Shown here one piece after another: positions 52,301-64,000 of a DNA stretch of 64,000 bases. The notes beneath the pieces were generated by a model. That model was not told the DNA's origin, searched no databases, and saw only the letters and a list, made by a program, of their open reading frames with translations. The position numbers and the translations under genes are program-made. Numbering within the stretch: the first letter of the stretch is position 1; each line of letters opens with the position of its first letter. Source of the DNA: Selaginella moellendorffii (lineage: Eukaryota > Plantae > Lycopodiophyta); NCBI RefSeq assembly GCF_000143415.4, contig NW_003314267.1:1985497-2049496 (forward strand), in the 5' to 3' direction.

Positions 52301-52640
52301 CCTAAACCCTAAACCGCTGCCTCCTCTGCTCCCGGCCCTGCTGCTGTCGACGGTGCTACTATTGCTGCCACTGGTCCTGCTGAAGGTTCGCCAGCTTGTT
52401 AAGGAGGCCATGGGTGAGAAGATGTGTCCAATAGTTGAGAAGCCGTCCATGACTGAGGAAAGCATGTTGGGTGAGGAGGCATGATTGTCACCACTGCCAC
52501 AAGCACCACGATCGTCGCCACTGTCGTCACCACGACTATCGGCACCATTGCCACTGTCCTCACCACCACCACCACTGTAGGGGATGGGGACCATCACTAG
52601 CATGATCAGTGGATTGGTATCATCATTGTTGTTCCTGATA
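49306..52640 (+). repeat. Three-copy tandem array of a chimeric 0.8-1.3 kb unit containing a family-A LTR fragment
   Basis: Shared core starts near 49688, 50487 and 51794. Each copy has an LTR-A fragment (GGACTTTGG..CCAAACTGG) followed by ACCCTAAACCCTAAAC and a GC-rich CCA/CCG-rich tract. Confidence 0.9.
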
Positions 52641-53910
52641 TCATTGTTGTTTCATGATATTGACATGTGTAGTACTTTTTGTAACTCCAAAATTAGCACA
52701 TCTAGACCTTGGACAATAGCCACCTCACTCTTCCTTGCTTCTAGGATTTGTCATATCACTTTGTGGTAGGGATCACAAAAATTCTTAGCCAAATTGTGGG
52801 AAACTAACACTCCTAGATTTTGCATGAGAAGGACCATTCCATCAAGATTCAATAGTACAACTAAAATGAACTTTTGACACGTTTAAGGTGTCATGCTAAC
52901 ATCGAGCTCTTTTAGAGAATGGTGAGAATACTCCACATTCATGTCCAAAAGAAGATTTTCCTTAGCAAAAAAATGTAGAAAGATTTGTCACCACCACCTC
53001 ACTATTTAAGCCTTAATATGTGCCAATTGTGATCCTCTTGTGGAATCTCCCATCCAAGGAAAAATTGCTCCTTCTCATTTTCTTGATCTTGGGCATGTCC
53101 TCGTTACTTTTAAACTCCAAACATACTTACACCACCCTCTTAAGCATCTTTTCCCTTGGCATTGGCTTGAGGTACTATTATTAGTGTTTTTCCTTGGGCA
53201 TGCTTTTTTTCCTTCTCAGCAATAACAACAAAACTTTACTTCTCAGATTTCACAAAAGATTCACTTGGTCATGAATTAGATCCACCATCAACCATCTTTT
53301 TGCATTCAACTCTTCAAAAAGATGCTACAATAGTATTATGTTAAAGATTATCAAAAGAAACTCAGAAGTTAATTCTTTCCCCACATGCAAGAATTGTCAC
53401 ACAATCTTTATAATATTAAGAAAGGTGTAATGAACAAACTTAAACCACATGACATAAAATATTTAACATATTAGCCTAGCAATACTTCCTTGATCTTTTG
53501 CCAACATAGCCTAGTTGCTCTATGCTTATTAATAGTAGCCTTATAACACAAAATATGCATGCACATGTGACCCAACATTGTAGCACATTGTAGATGCCAA
53601 CATAGGATCTCCAAACATGCTCACTCCAAAGTACTCGGGAATATTAAAATAAACATAATTGTTGTTCAGATAAAAGATCCCACATCCAAATGTGAGCATG
53701 CTCCAATTTAAGTTGTAAACAACAAAACACTGTTTACTCTAGAGCACACGCCAAGAAACATTGTTAAACACAAAATCCCTCTTTCCATCACGAGTTTGTC
53801 CTTTAGAAACCCAATTAGTTAGGGTTTGTATAGGGAACGTTAACTTTTTTACTTTTTTTCAGTAAAATAAGACTTTTGAATTTTTTACCACTTTAGGGTT
53901 TATAGGGCTT

Positions 53911-54716
53911 ATGCTCCGGGCATGGATTGGAGCTAGGTCGCGGTCGAGAGCGCTGCTCCAGCAGTGCCGACGGCTGAGCGCGCCGCCTCCTCAAATTGTG
54001 GATCCCGCCGATGGATCGCCTCCGCCTCCGCCTCCATCTCCGCCTCCTCCCGCCGTGATCGACAATGAGGAGACGAGGCGCGCCAAGCAGCGCGCGGCGG
54101 ATCTCAAGGCCATCTATGAAGGTAAGATGGATTTCGAGATCGCTACCAGGGTCGCATTTGGGGAATCTAAGAATCCAAATCCCAAGGAGCTCGGGTATGT
54201 TGCTAGAGTCCTCTTTGGGAAATAAGTGTCTTCCTCTTTCTTCCAGGCTTGATTGGCACTTGTGGCAGTTCTTCGTATGCGTCGTCGTCCCGGTTTCTCG
54301 TAAGCGACCAAAGTTCTAGCTCGATTTTTCTTTGTGGCTGAGCGCTTTGATTCTCTTGTCTGGAGCAGTGATCTACATGGTGGCAATGTACGCGCGTCGA
54401 GAGATTCGAAGATTGGAGAAGGTAAGGATGGAACTTGGAGAGCTTTCTCTAACCATTTTTTTCTCTTTTCCAGGAGAGAGGGATTGAGCCACTGCCAAAG
54501 AAGACATGGGCGAATAGATACGAGATCGATCGATTGCAAAAGGAGTACCAAGCCAAACGAACAGTGAGGCGCGCGGGATTAGACGTCGAAGAGCTCAAAT
54601 CTCTCAAAGGCAGGCTCGATTCGATCGATGACAAACTCGCCAAACTGGAAACGTTTTTAAATCGCCCAGCGCTTCCAGAGATACCTTCAAGTCCTCCAGC
54701 AAATCAATCAAAGTGA
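53911..54716 (+). CDS. Single-pass membrane/coiled-coil protein, At1g80980-like, with putative mitochondrial presequence; 4 exons
   Basis: Spliced WHLWQFFVCVVVPVSL-IYMVAMYARREIRRLEK..ELKSLKGRLDSIDDKL; telo-box just before the ATG. Confidence 0.7.
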
Positions 54717-54792
54717 CGAGCTTGTTTCAATCCCCACCGTCAAATTTGCCGGGCGATCTGACGGTCACGGTTTTACGTTATTAGGGTTCTTC

Positions 54793-57001
54793 ATGGGTAG
54801 TGTTTCGTGGTTGAGGCATATTTCCAGCGCTAGGGTTTTAGGCTTGAGGATCGATCGTCGGCGTTTTTACAGCGTGATGCCGCGAGGAGAGGAATCAGCA
54901 GCTGGGGCGGAGGCATCGGCTTCGGCGGTGGAAGCATCGCCAGGTATGAGCAAGAAAGCCGCACAGAAGGCCGCGAAGAAAGCCGAGAAGGAGCTCCGCC
55001 AGGCTGCTGCGCTCGCCGCGGCTGCCGCGGAGGAGGAAGAAATTGATCCACTGGCGGACAAGTACGGGGATACGAAGCTGGAGGATTTGCAATCCAAGGC
55101 TGTGACTGGGCGGAAGTGGACCGAGATTTCGGAGCTTGGGACCGATCTGGAGGGCTCTACTGTGCTGGTTCGTGGGAGAGTTCACAGCAAGAGAGCGAAA
55201 GGGAAGATGGCATTTTTGGTGCTTCGTGAGACTATCCATACCGTGCAATGCGTGGTTTCTATGGAGAACGTCGGGAGCAAACAGTTTGTGAAGTATGCGA
55301 GCTTGCTGAGCAAAGAGTCCGTTGTGGACGTGACGGGAAATGTGTCAAATCCAAGAAATCCAGTGTCTGGGACGACACAACCGGTAAGTCTTTTTCTTTT
55401 GTCGTGAAGTCATCTTCATCGTGTTCGTGCTTTGTTCTTCACAGGTGGAAATCCAGGTGACAGAACTCCATTGTATATCTAGGTCGACCAACGAGCTCCC
55501 TCTTCTGTTGGAAGATGCCGCTCGCAGCGACCAGGATATTGAGAAAGCTGCAAAGGTGAGTCGAGTCTCTTTTCTATTGCGTGGTTTAGTTTGATTTGTT
55601 TCTCTTCAGGAAGGCATTCAATATGCACGCGTTCTACAAGACACGAGGCTGAATAACAGGGTCCTTGATCTTAGAATCCCTGCCAATCAAGCGATCTTTA
55701 CCGTTCAGTCGGAAATCTCAAGCGTATGTGCTTTGTTCGTTTTGTGACGAATTGTGGCGCTGAGAAGCTTGTTATGGTTTTTTTCAGCTCTTTCACGACT
55801 TTCTACGGGCTAACAAGTTTCGCCAGATCCACACGCCAAAGCTTATCGCTGGTGCTAGCGAAGGTGGCTCTGCAGTGTTCAAGCTGCAGTACGCTAATGA
55901 TCAACCTGCATGTCTGGCTCAATCACCGCAGCTGCACAAACAGATGGCAATTTGTGGTGACTTCCGTCGAGTTTTCGAGATAGGTCCTGTTTTCAGAGCC
56001 GAAAAATCTTTTACTCATCGGCACCTGTGTGAATTTATCGGGCTCGATTTTGAAATGGAGATCAAGGAACACTATTTCGAGGTAGAGTTTATTTGAACTA
56101 GACGATGGGTAACTTTTCCACTTGCAGATCATCGACCTGATTGGCAAACTCTTCATCTATGTGTTCAACGAGCTTAACAAGAACTGCAAGAAAGAGCTTG
56201 AAACGATCAACAGCCAGTATCCTTTTGAGCCATTGCAGGTTTGCTTACTTGTAAATTCAGTATAAATTGTTTCAACTGTGTACCTCTTTCAGTATCTCGA
56301 CGAAACCCTGGTACTCGCATTTGCCGAGGGGATTCAGATGTTAAAGGTGATTGTTTCTATCATTGATTTTTGCAAGACCTGACGCGTGATAACAGGAAGC
56401 TGGGTTTGAGACTGATCCTCTTGGAGACCTTGACACAGAAACTGAGAGGAGACTGGGACTTCTTGTGAAGGAGAGGTGAGTAGTTTGTTTAACCCCTCTC
56501 ATGCTCTTACGATTGATTCTTCTTCACAGATACAAGACTGATTTTTATATTCTTCATCGATATCCACTTGCTGTCCGGCCATTCTATACCATGCCTGCTG
56601 TCGACGATCCTAAATATTCAAACTCATTCGACGTTTTCATTCGGGGTTAGTCATCGTTGTTTCCTGTCGTTATTTGTTTGTTCTGATTGTCTTTTGTAGG
56701 CGAGGAAATCATCTCCGGTGCCCAGCGTGTTCATGACAAGGATCTTCTTCTAAAGCGGATCGAGGAGTGCAACATTGATCCAAACGCTATTGGCTTGCAG
56801 AACTACATAAATTCTTTCAGGTGAATAGCGAAAACATTAAACTTTTTGCGTGACAAATTTCCTGTTACTGGCAGCTATGGTGCACCACCTCACGGAGGCA
56901 TTGGCGTCGGCTTGGAACGAGTAGCGATGCTCTTCTGCAATCTGGACAACATAAGGAAGGTCTCTTTGTTTCCTCGTGATCCTAATAGGCTGGCACCTTA
57001 G
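54793..57001 (+). CDS. Aspartate--tRNA ligase, eukaryotic cytosolic type, with a 28-aa N-terminal extension; about 11 exons
   Basis: OB fold [113 protein letters not shown]. Confidence 0.97.
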
Positions 57002-57051
57002 ATCGAGGATAACGGTGTCCTGATAATTAGGCACCAGATTTTGCACAAGTG

Positions 57052-58130
57052 TTACAACCCATATTGACGCAAGGGATGAGGTTCTTCTTCTTCTTGCTGC
57101 TTCTTGTTGATCTTTCTCTTTGGAAAGACAGGAGGCCTTTCGTCCCTGAGCAGTGGTATCTTCTGTACGTTGTCGATCTTGTGAGGTACATTTTTGAACT
57201 TGGAAATGACAAATCTTTGCTTAGGCCTCGGCGGGTTCCTCCAGCAGAACCAGCGTATTATTCTCATGTCGGTGGTCTTGTTGTTCTTGACAGGGACAAA
57301 GACTGGCCTGATAACTTGGAAGTCGTGATGGTGTTGGGTATTCATCCTGATGAAATCGTTTCCATAAGCATAGCGAATGACTTCATCCATGCTGTCGCCC
57401 CTGTTTCAGGAAAAGAAGAACACGATCATATTAAGCAAAGATTGACGAAGACACCACTTTGGTTCAAACCTTTCGAGCGGTGTGCCGTAGACGTGGTCTG
57501 GATTTACTACCGATGGAAGTGGAGCAACGTTTGCCTGGTACAAAGCAAGGTTGTCATGGTGGAACTAGCAATTCGAGGTAAAGTTTACCAGTCTCTGCTT
57601 GACTTTGAGCTTGATTGGGTGCTCTCTTCGGTACATTCTCTGTTCGTCTGCCCGTGTGACTTTCCTGAGAGAAGGAAGTGGCGAAAAGAAGAAAAGTTTG
57701 AGTTTTGGAGTGTTGGATCTTACATTTTCGGAGCCTTCTTGTTCATAGCTCGCAGATCAGTGCCTTTGGCAGCGCTTGGGTCAGGGACGTTCTCTCGGAA
57801 GACCATCACTGCGAGGAACCAATACCCGAGTTAGTGTTTCCCTCATCGAGTGATCGAACAGGCCTGGACTAACTAACGTTCTTTCACTGTAGGAGAATAC
57901 TCGTTGAGCACTCCATAGATGAAGTTGTCGCTGGGAAGATCCCTGGTGCATCGTTTTCCCTGGAACGAGGATTGACATGAGCAAAGCCGATGAAGAAACT
58001 TGACGCAAGATAGAGGTACCGCTCCCAGCTTCGGTTTGATGAGAATCTCATCCTTTGCAGATGAGCTCCGGACATTCCCCATTCTGGGATGATCCGACTC
58101 GTCGTAAGTCATGTTGCCTGGATTCGACAT
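57052..58130 (-). CDS. CFAP77: Cilia- and flagella-associated protein 77 homolog (DUF4483), multi-exon
   Basis: HPRMGNVRSSSAKDEILIKPKLG / GKRCTRDLPSDNFIYG / GTDLRAMNKKA / PDHVYGTP / SMDEVIRYAYGNDF match the FAP77 family pattern as recalled. Confidence 0.7.
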
Positions 58131-58428
58131 CGCGGAAGAAAGCTTGAAAGCGATCCGCCAAAGCCGACTTCTTCGACCAATCAGCTCGGCAGGCCTATCA
58201 AATTTTGAGAATGCGATAATATGCCATTGCGCGGCAACCAATTGGCGCCCACTCGTAGGCGCGTCATCCGCACCGTCCACGTGTCCAGGTGTATCGAATT
58301 CAAAGTTTGAATAAAAGAATATACCTAAAACTGACCTATCTCTGTTCAATGCTTGATATGCTATTTTGATTCTAACAATGTGGGCTGGGAGAGAGGTGTA
58401 GGGTTCTTGGATTCTTATGATCCAAGAA

Positions 58429-59833
58429 ATGGGGAAGAGGCGGCACCGTCTCTCGCTGGGCGGCGTGATCTTCAGCGCCGGCGCCGTGGTTGCGCTCGTC
58501 GTTGTGCTGCTCGAGGTGTCGTCCGCCTCGAAGCCAAAGAAGGCGACTTCCACTCGCCAGGTGCCGATCAATTCGGGATTTCGGATCGTCCGTGAGTATC
58601 CGCACGATGCGAAGGCATTCACTCAGGTTCGATCGATCCATTTCGCTGCTGAATTTCCAGCTCAAAGAAGAATTTTTCTTTCTTTGCGATCAAAGGGGCT
58701 TTTGTACCATGGAAACAATACACTGTATGAATCCACTGGGCTGCATGGAGAGGTACGCGAAAGTTTGGTAAAGTTCGTTCTGGTTCATTTACAAGGGTTT
58801 GGTGCTAACAGTCGTCAGTACGTGAAGTTGATCTTCAAACGGGAGAGGTTTGTTTTCTTTCTTTTATCTTTTTGCAGAAAATATATGTTCCAATGTCTGT
58901 GCAGGTTAGAAGGATTTATCGTCTGCAAAGCAGGGATTTTGGAGAAGGATTGGCACTTTGGGAAAACAAGTAACCTCTTTTTAAGATTCGGTGATGGTTT
59001 TGTTAATTCTAGCAGATTTTTACAGGTTACTTGGCAAACTAACAAAGGATATATCTACGATGAGAAAACACTGAGTCTCGTAACTTTATACTGCTTCAGA
59101 GGTATATGATCACGATACTTTGCATTTCTTTCCAGCTAGGAACATTCAAGCATCCCATGACGGATGGCTGGGGATTGACGCACGACAACAAGCATATCAT
59201 AGGAAGCGATGGAAGCTCCACTTTGTACTTTCTAGACCCACACAGCTTTTCAGGTTTGATGGTTTTTTCAGTGATAGATTTTGCAAGAAGAGTTGATCGC
59301 GCATTTCAGAGATAAGAAGAATCACAGTTAAGGACAATGGAGAAGCTGTGGAGCTTTTGAACGAGCTGGAGTATGTGAAAGGAGAGATCTGGGCGAATGT
59401 TTGGCAGGTACTTCGAAGCAGCGTATTCTCACTTTTCATCTTTTTCTTTTCTTTTGACTCCGCAGATGAATTCTATTGCTCGAATCTCTCCCAAGGACGG
59501 TAGAGTCGTAGGATGGATAGTTTTGGATGCACTAAGGCAAGTTGCTACCTTTTGTCGCGTTCCTGCTTAACATTTCTTATCCCGCACGCAGGAAGAATCT
59601 CATTTCTGCTGGAAACAGGGTATGAAAAGTTCCAAGTTTCTTTGTGTTTATCTCTGTTTCCTCCAGAATATAGACGTGCTAAATGGCATTGCTTGGGATG
59701 AGGAGCAAGACCGTCTCTTCGGTACGTGTTTGACACTCTTTGCACGATGCTGAATTCTTCCTTGATCGATACAGTAACTGGCAAGTGGTGGCCAAAGCTC
59801 TACGAGATCGTTCTGTCCCCGGAACTCTATTAG
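58429..59833 (+). CDS. QCT: Glutaminyl-peptide cyclotransferase (plant type I QC), about 10 exons
   Basis: Signal anchor then EYPHDAKAFTQ-GLLY..LYESTGLHG, FGEGLAL, QVTWQ, DGWGLTHD, SDGSSTLYFLDP, LNELEYVKGEIWANVWQ, DVLNGIAWD, FVTGKWWPKLYEI. Confidence 0.95.
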
Positions 59834-59973
59834 ACACGCACAAAGTAGCACAAGCAACTGCTATGGACGGTGGTATTATCAATGTACAATTCTTTCCAAT
59901 TTTATTTTTTTTCCTCTCGTTTGCTCTGCTTCACAGGAGGTCCCAAGATTGCATTTTTGTCGATCCATCCAAG

Positions 59974-60246
59974 TCAGAATGACGCTTCTCTCCACGACGA
60001 CGCCGGGAGCACCGAACGGACAGTCTTGAGGTCCCGAAGCCATTTGACGCGCTCGTAGCTATCCCCGGGCGCGTCGGCGTCGCGCAGCATGGATCGCACC
60101 AGCGACGCCGTGACGCGCCAGGAGCAGAAGAGGAAGATCCAGCCCAGTACCACCAGCCCCCACGCGAAGAAATCCTCCGCCGCCACCAATCCATCGCCGT
60201 CCTCGTCGCCCATCATCTCCAAGACGACGCTCTCCATCTCCGCCAT
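59974..60246 (-). CDS. Possible small membrane protein (90 aa), unknown function
   Basis: GC-rich intronless ORF with one hydrophobic segment FFAWGLVVLGWIFLFCSW; no family recognised. Confidence 0.35.
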   Translation of the reverse strand: MAEMESVVLEMMGDEDGDGLVAAEDFFAWGLVVLGWIFLFCSWRVTASLVRSMLRDADAPGDSYERVKWLRDLKTVRSVLPASSWREASF

Positions 60247-61687
60247 TTGGGATTTCTTCTCTCCCTTCCTCGTCCCATGCCAACACGTTGCCTGGACAAA
60301 ATTTAGGGCACACGCGGCACACAGCATATTCTGGGACGGGAGGGATATTCTAGAATATGCTTCTGTGCCGAGGCATATTCGGGGAGGCCTTTTAAAAAGC
60401 AGTTTCTAGAATATACTTTATGGCGGGGCATATTCGTATTTTTGACTTTTTCATTTCTTTTGTTAAAGGTTTTTGTTGCTCATAGAGTCCACGCTCCTTT
60501 TTGTGCGATTTTGAATCATTGCATCGATCTTGACGAGAATGCAATGCATTTGGGTGGACGCAAGAGAAAAAGAGGCGAAGAAATTGATAGAGATTTATTG
60601 GTGGTCCAAGTTTTTTTCTGGTTTTTTTTTTTCTAGCCTTTGATAGAGCTCTTGCTACAAGGCATTTCTAGTGGCGCTTCATGGTTCCGGAATCTCCATT
60701 ATTGGGGCAGGGGGGGAGGACTTTCTCAAATCGAGACTCAGCTTGGCTTTTTGACAATGGGGAAGAGCGCAAAATCTCTACACAAAATCAAAAGATTCGC
60801 ACCGGATCAAAGCATCCAAGACTCTCTCCCCCTTCTTGGCATATGCGGCGAATCGCGCGGGGGACTTTTCCTCCCTCCCATTGTTCGTTATGATTGTTCC
60901 CCGGGACACAATGGGCGACCGCCACGTGTACGTCCGCCCGCGGGGCGATCGAGCTGTCAGATCCGGTGGACGGCCAGGATTCACTCTCCCGTGGATCCTC
61001 TTCTTTTTCGCGCCAGTATTTGATTGGGAAATGCACGATATGGACATTCGGGGCCACATTTTTTATTTCTTTTTCATGCATCCATCCTAGTGTTTAGAAA
61101 TTAGGCGCTCTTTCGGTGGGCTCTAGGGATATTCCATGTCTCGCGTAGAAATTACTGTTCCAGCGATTGCCCACCCACAACACAACCTGTCAAGCCCTAA
61201 ATTTAAAGACAAGCCTCCCAAACAAATGGGAAAGACCAGCCGGATTCCAAACGGGATATCAAATCCGGCTTTTAATACCGCTGTACTTGGGCACCATGGG
61301 CCGGCCGTACAAGTGGCCCAAACCGCGTGTGTGTGTGTTTTAGCTGCTGTGGGGTTTCCGCCCGTCCGCGTTCTTCCCAGGGAGAGAGTAAGCGATGATC
61401 AAGCTAGGGATTGCTCGTCCGCGGAGTGGCGCTGGCTGTAAATCCTTGCCAGGCGCCTCTTGTTTTGCCGGCATCGCGAGGTTTGCAGGAAATCTTGCGC
61501 GCTCGGGAAAATCCAGGTGCTAGAACACGCGGATTTCCAGTGCATGCGAGTAATGCAAGTTGTGGCGCCGGAAATTTCATGCTGGGAGGGAGGGATCGAG
61601 GAGCCAGTCCGGCGCTAGCGAGGAGCTTGGAGAGGGTTTCGTTTTTTCTTCTCGGCCGGCTTTAGATCTTTTGGGGGGGATTTTTGG

Positions 61688-62041
61688 ATGACAGTCTCCG
61701 TGAGGATGATGAAGGTCATGAGATGGCCGCTGCGGTCGCTCATGACGAAAAAGTTCTATGTGACAATGGTGCTGCACGGGATGGACAAGCTGCTGGCGGC
61801 CGACGATTCGAAATTCGTGGTGGATGTCAAGTGGAAGGGGCCGAAACGATCGTTGGGGCCTCGTTTCCGGAGCGTGAAGAGGGAGCGAAGCGCCGAAGCT
61901 GCTGCTACCATGGACGGAGCGCTGGAGTGGGAGCAAGGATTTGACTGCGAGTGTACTCTGGCTCTTGCCAAGGAGAATGGGTTCTACCCATGGGACGTTT
62001 ACCTGGTCGTGCGCAAGGTAAAGAAATCTTTGGTTTTTAAT

Positions 62042-62072
<31 letters not shown>

Positions 62073-64000
62073 GAGACTGACGATTCGAATTTTGTAGATC
62101 ACTCTTAATGGGGCCAAGGCCAAGGCGTCAGTCTTTGGCTCGGGATATCTGAATCTTGGGGAGTTTGCTCCTCTAGCTGGGAGTGCACGACATAGAACGA
62201 AAGTTTCCATTTTGGGGGGCGAAAGTGAGGAAGCGATTGGTGTAAGTTTGTGCTTGTTAGGAAAAGCTTTGTCTCGTGCAGCCTAGCTGACAAGAGCTGT
62301 GCATGTCGCAGGTCACTTTGAGCTTTGAGGAAGTCCCGGAAGCTGTGGAGACCAACTTTAGGATCATGGCACCGGCGATCCCATGCATCTCGCTGTGGGA
62401 GAGGGATGACTTGGGGGATGGCGGAGATAAACCGATGCTGCGTACGAAGAAGTCGCGGGTGGAGGACGCTGCCATCGACATCAGAACAAGTGACGAGAGC
62501 TCGCAGGATTCCCCCGATCGCTTCGAATCCGATTCTGTTGACAACTTTGAGGACAGTGACGCTGTCGATGACGAGGAATTCACTTCTTTCCGCTATGGAA
62601 GAATCGCGGGGGCCAACCAGCTGATAGGAAAGAGCCACGATCAGAGGGCGTCGAATGACGAGGAAGTTTTGGTGTTCAATGGCGGGACAGCGCTAAAGCT
62701 GGCGGAGGAAACTTCATCGTCGGATTCAGACCAGGCGGCGTCTCAGTCGTCCATGAGAAGGATGTTGTCGTGGAGGAAGAGAAAGCTGAGCTTCCGATCC
62801 CCGCGGGCCAGGCGAGGCGAGCCACTTCTCAACAAGGCATACGGTGACAATGGAGGTGATGAAATCGACTGGGACCGAAGGCAAGCCGAGTCACCAGAAG
62901 AGTCTCTTGGAAGCATGGTAAGTGTGTTTCCTTTAATATCTCCTTTTTCTTTTCTATCTGTTTCACGTGCTAACATGTGAACCTTCTTCCAGCTCCGACT
63001 AAACAACGAGAAGAAGACGGCCATCGAAGGAACCTGGGATTTTGGCGAGACGTTTCAAGTAGGCAGCTGGGAAGCGAAAGAGCTGACGAGCCGAGACGGG
63101 CAGATGATGCTCTCGGCCAGCGTCTTCTTTGCGTCCATCGATCAGAGAAGCGAGAGCGCAGCCGGCGAAAGCGCGTGCACCGCTCTGGTTGCCGTTATAG
63201 CCGACTGGCTCCACAGGTTCCCGGCGTTCATGCCAAGCCGAGCCGAGTTTGATCTGCTGATACGCGAAGGCTCGGCCGAGTGGAGGAAGCTGTGCCAGGA
63301 CGCCACCTACAAGGACCGCTTCCCGGATGGGCATTTTGATCTGGAGACCGTGATCGAGGCGGCGGTCCGGCCGCTGACGGTCGTCCCGGAGAAGTCGTTC
63401 GTGGGGTTCTTCCGGCCGGAAGGGCTGGGGGAGTCGAGCGAGTTCCTCGAGGGGGCCATGTCCTTCGACAACATCTGGGACGAGGTGGAGCGGTCCGGGC
63501 CGGCGGTGTACATTGTCAGCTGGAACGACCACTTCTTCGTCGTCAAAGTTGACGAGCAGAGCGTGCACATCATCGACACGCTGGGGGAGCGGCTGTTCGA
63601 GGGGTGCGATCAGGCGTACGTTCTCAAGTTCAACGAGGCAGCGCGGCTGTCCTTTGTGCCACCGGCGGAGGCAGCGGCTCCAAAACAGGAGCAAGGAAGT
63701 AGCAGCGGCAGTGGCAGCGACAGAGAGAGCGACGATGGAAAGAAAGAAGAGGCAGCAGCAGCAGCAGCAGCAGCAAAGAAGGATGATTCTCAAAAGGAGT
63801 CCGAGGAAGCAAAGCAGGAAGAACAGGCTAGCGAGGAAGCGGAGAATAGCGAGAGGAAGATGAGGGAGTTCTCCGGAAGGAACGCGTGCAAGGAGTTTGT
63901 CAAAGGCTTTCTGGCGGCGATTCCACTGGGGCAATTGCAGAGCGACGTGAAAAAGGGGCTGGTTGGAAAGGACCATCTCCACCGGCGGCTGCAAATCGAG
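61688..64000 (+). CDS. NT-type C2 (EEIG1/EHBP1) domain protein, At3g11760-like; runs off the right edge
   Basis: MMKVMRWP..KKFYV..VDVKWKGPK..FYPWDV; LSWRKRKLSFRSP..GEPLLNKAYGDNGGDEIDWDRRQ; FASIDQRSESAAGESACTALVAVIADW; HFDLETVI; YIVSWNDHFFV; IIDTLGERLFEGCDQAY. Confidence 0.92.

Noticed and set aside
57049-58622. Long ORFs 57049-57834 (+) and the 5' part of 57873-58622 (-)
   Set aside because: Antisense shadows of CFAP77 and QC exons, running through introns and intergenic DNA.
62999-63994. 331-aa minus-strand ORF with poly-Cys
   Set aside because: Antisense of the GC-rich NT-C2 exon; the poly-Cys comes from a GCA repeat.

Overview
Eukaryotic nuclear DNA from a non-seed land plant with very short (~50-75 nt) introns, telo-box promoters and a flagellar CFAP77 gene. 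It is most consistent with the lycophyte Selaginella (inference). The left gene-dense arm (1-21.7 kb) holds PSD1, MAP1D-like, BOLA2, an F-box/CW/SNF2/RING protein, SKIP24, serine racemase and an At3g52610-like acyltransferase-fold gene. The right arm (53.9-64 kb) holds an At1g80980-like gene, a cytosolic-type AspRS, CFAP77, glutaminyl cyclase and an NT-C2 protein. Between them lies a ~31 kb nest of LTR retroelements, four of which are bounded by target-site duplications. Highlights: (1) a chromovirus whose integrase is interrupted by two ~50-nt spliceosomal-intron-like inserts that restore conserved motifs when removed; (2) a cytosolic-type AspRS with an in-frame mitochondrial-presequence-like extension; (3) a Cassandra-like 5S rRNA promoter segment in an LTR-like repeat; (4) a 4.7 kb block of gene relics (Crinkler-type REase-kinase with an internal micro-inversion, Ec-type metallothionein, AAA-ATPase) bracketed by a duplicated promoter; (5) a second chromovirus with a self-priming signal and a GGGAAAC -1 frameshift signal. 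All homology calls are from motif recognition, not database searches.
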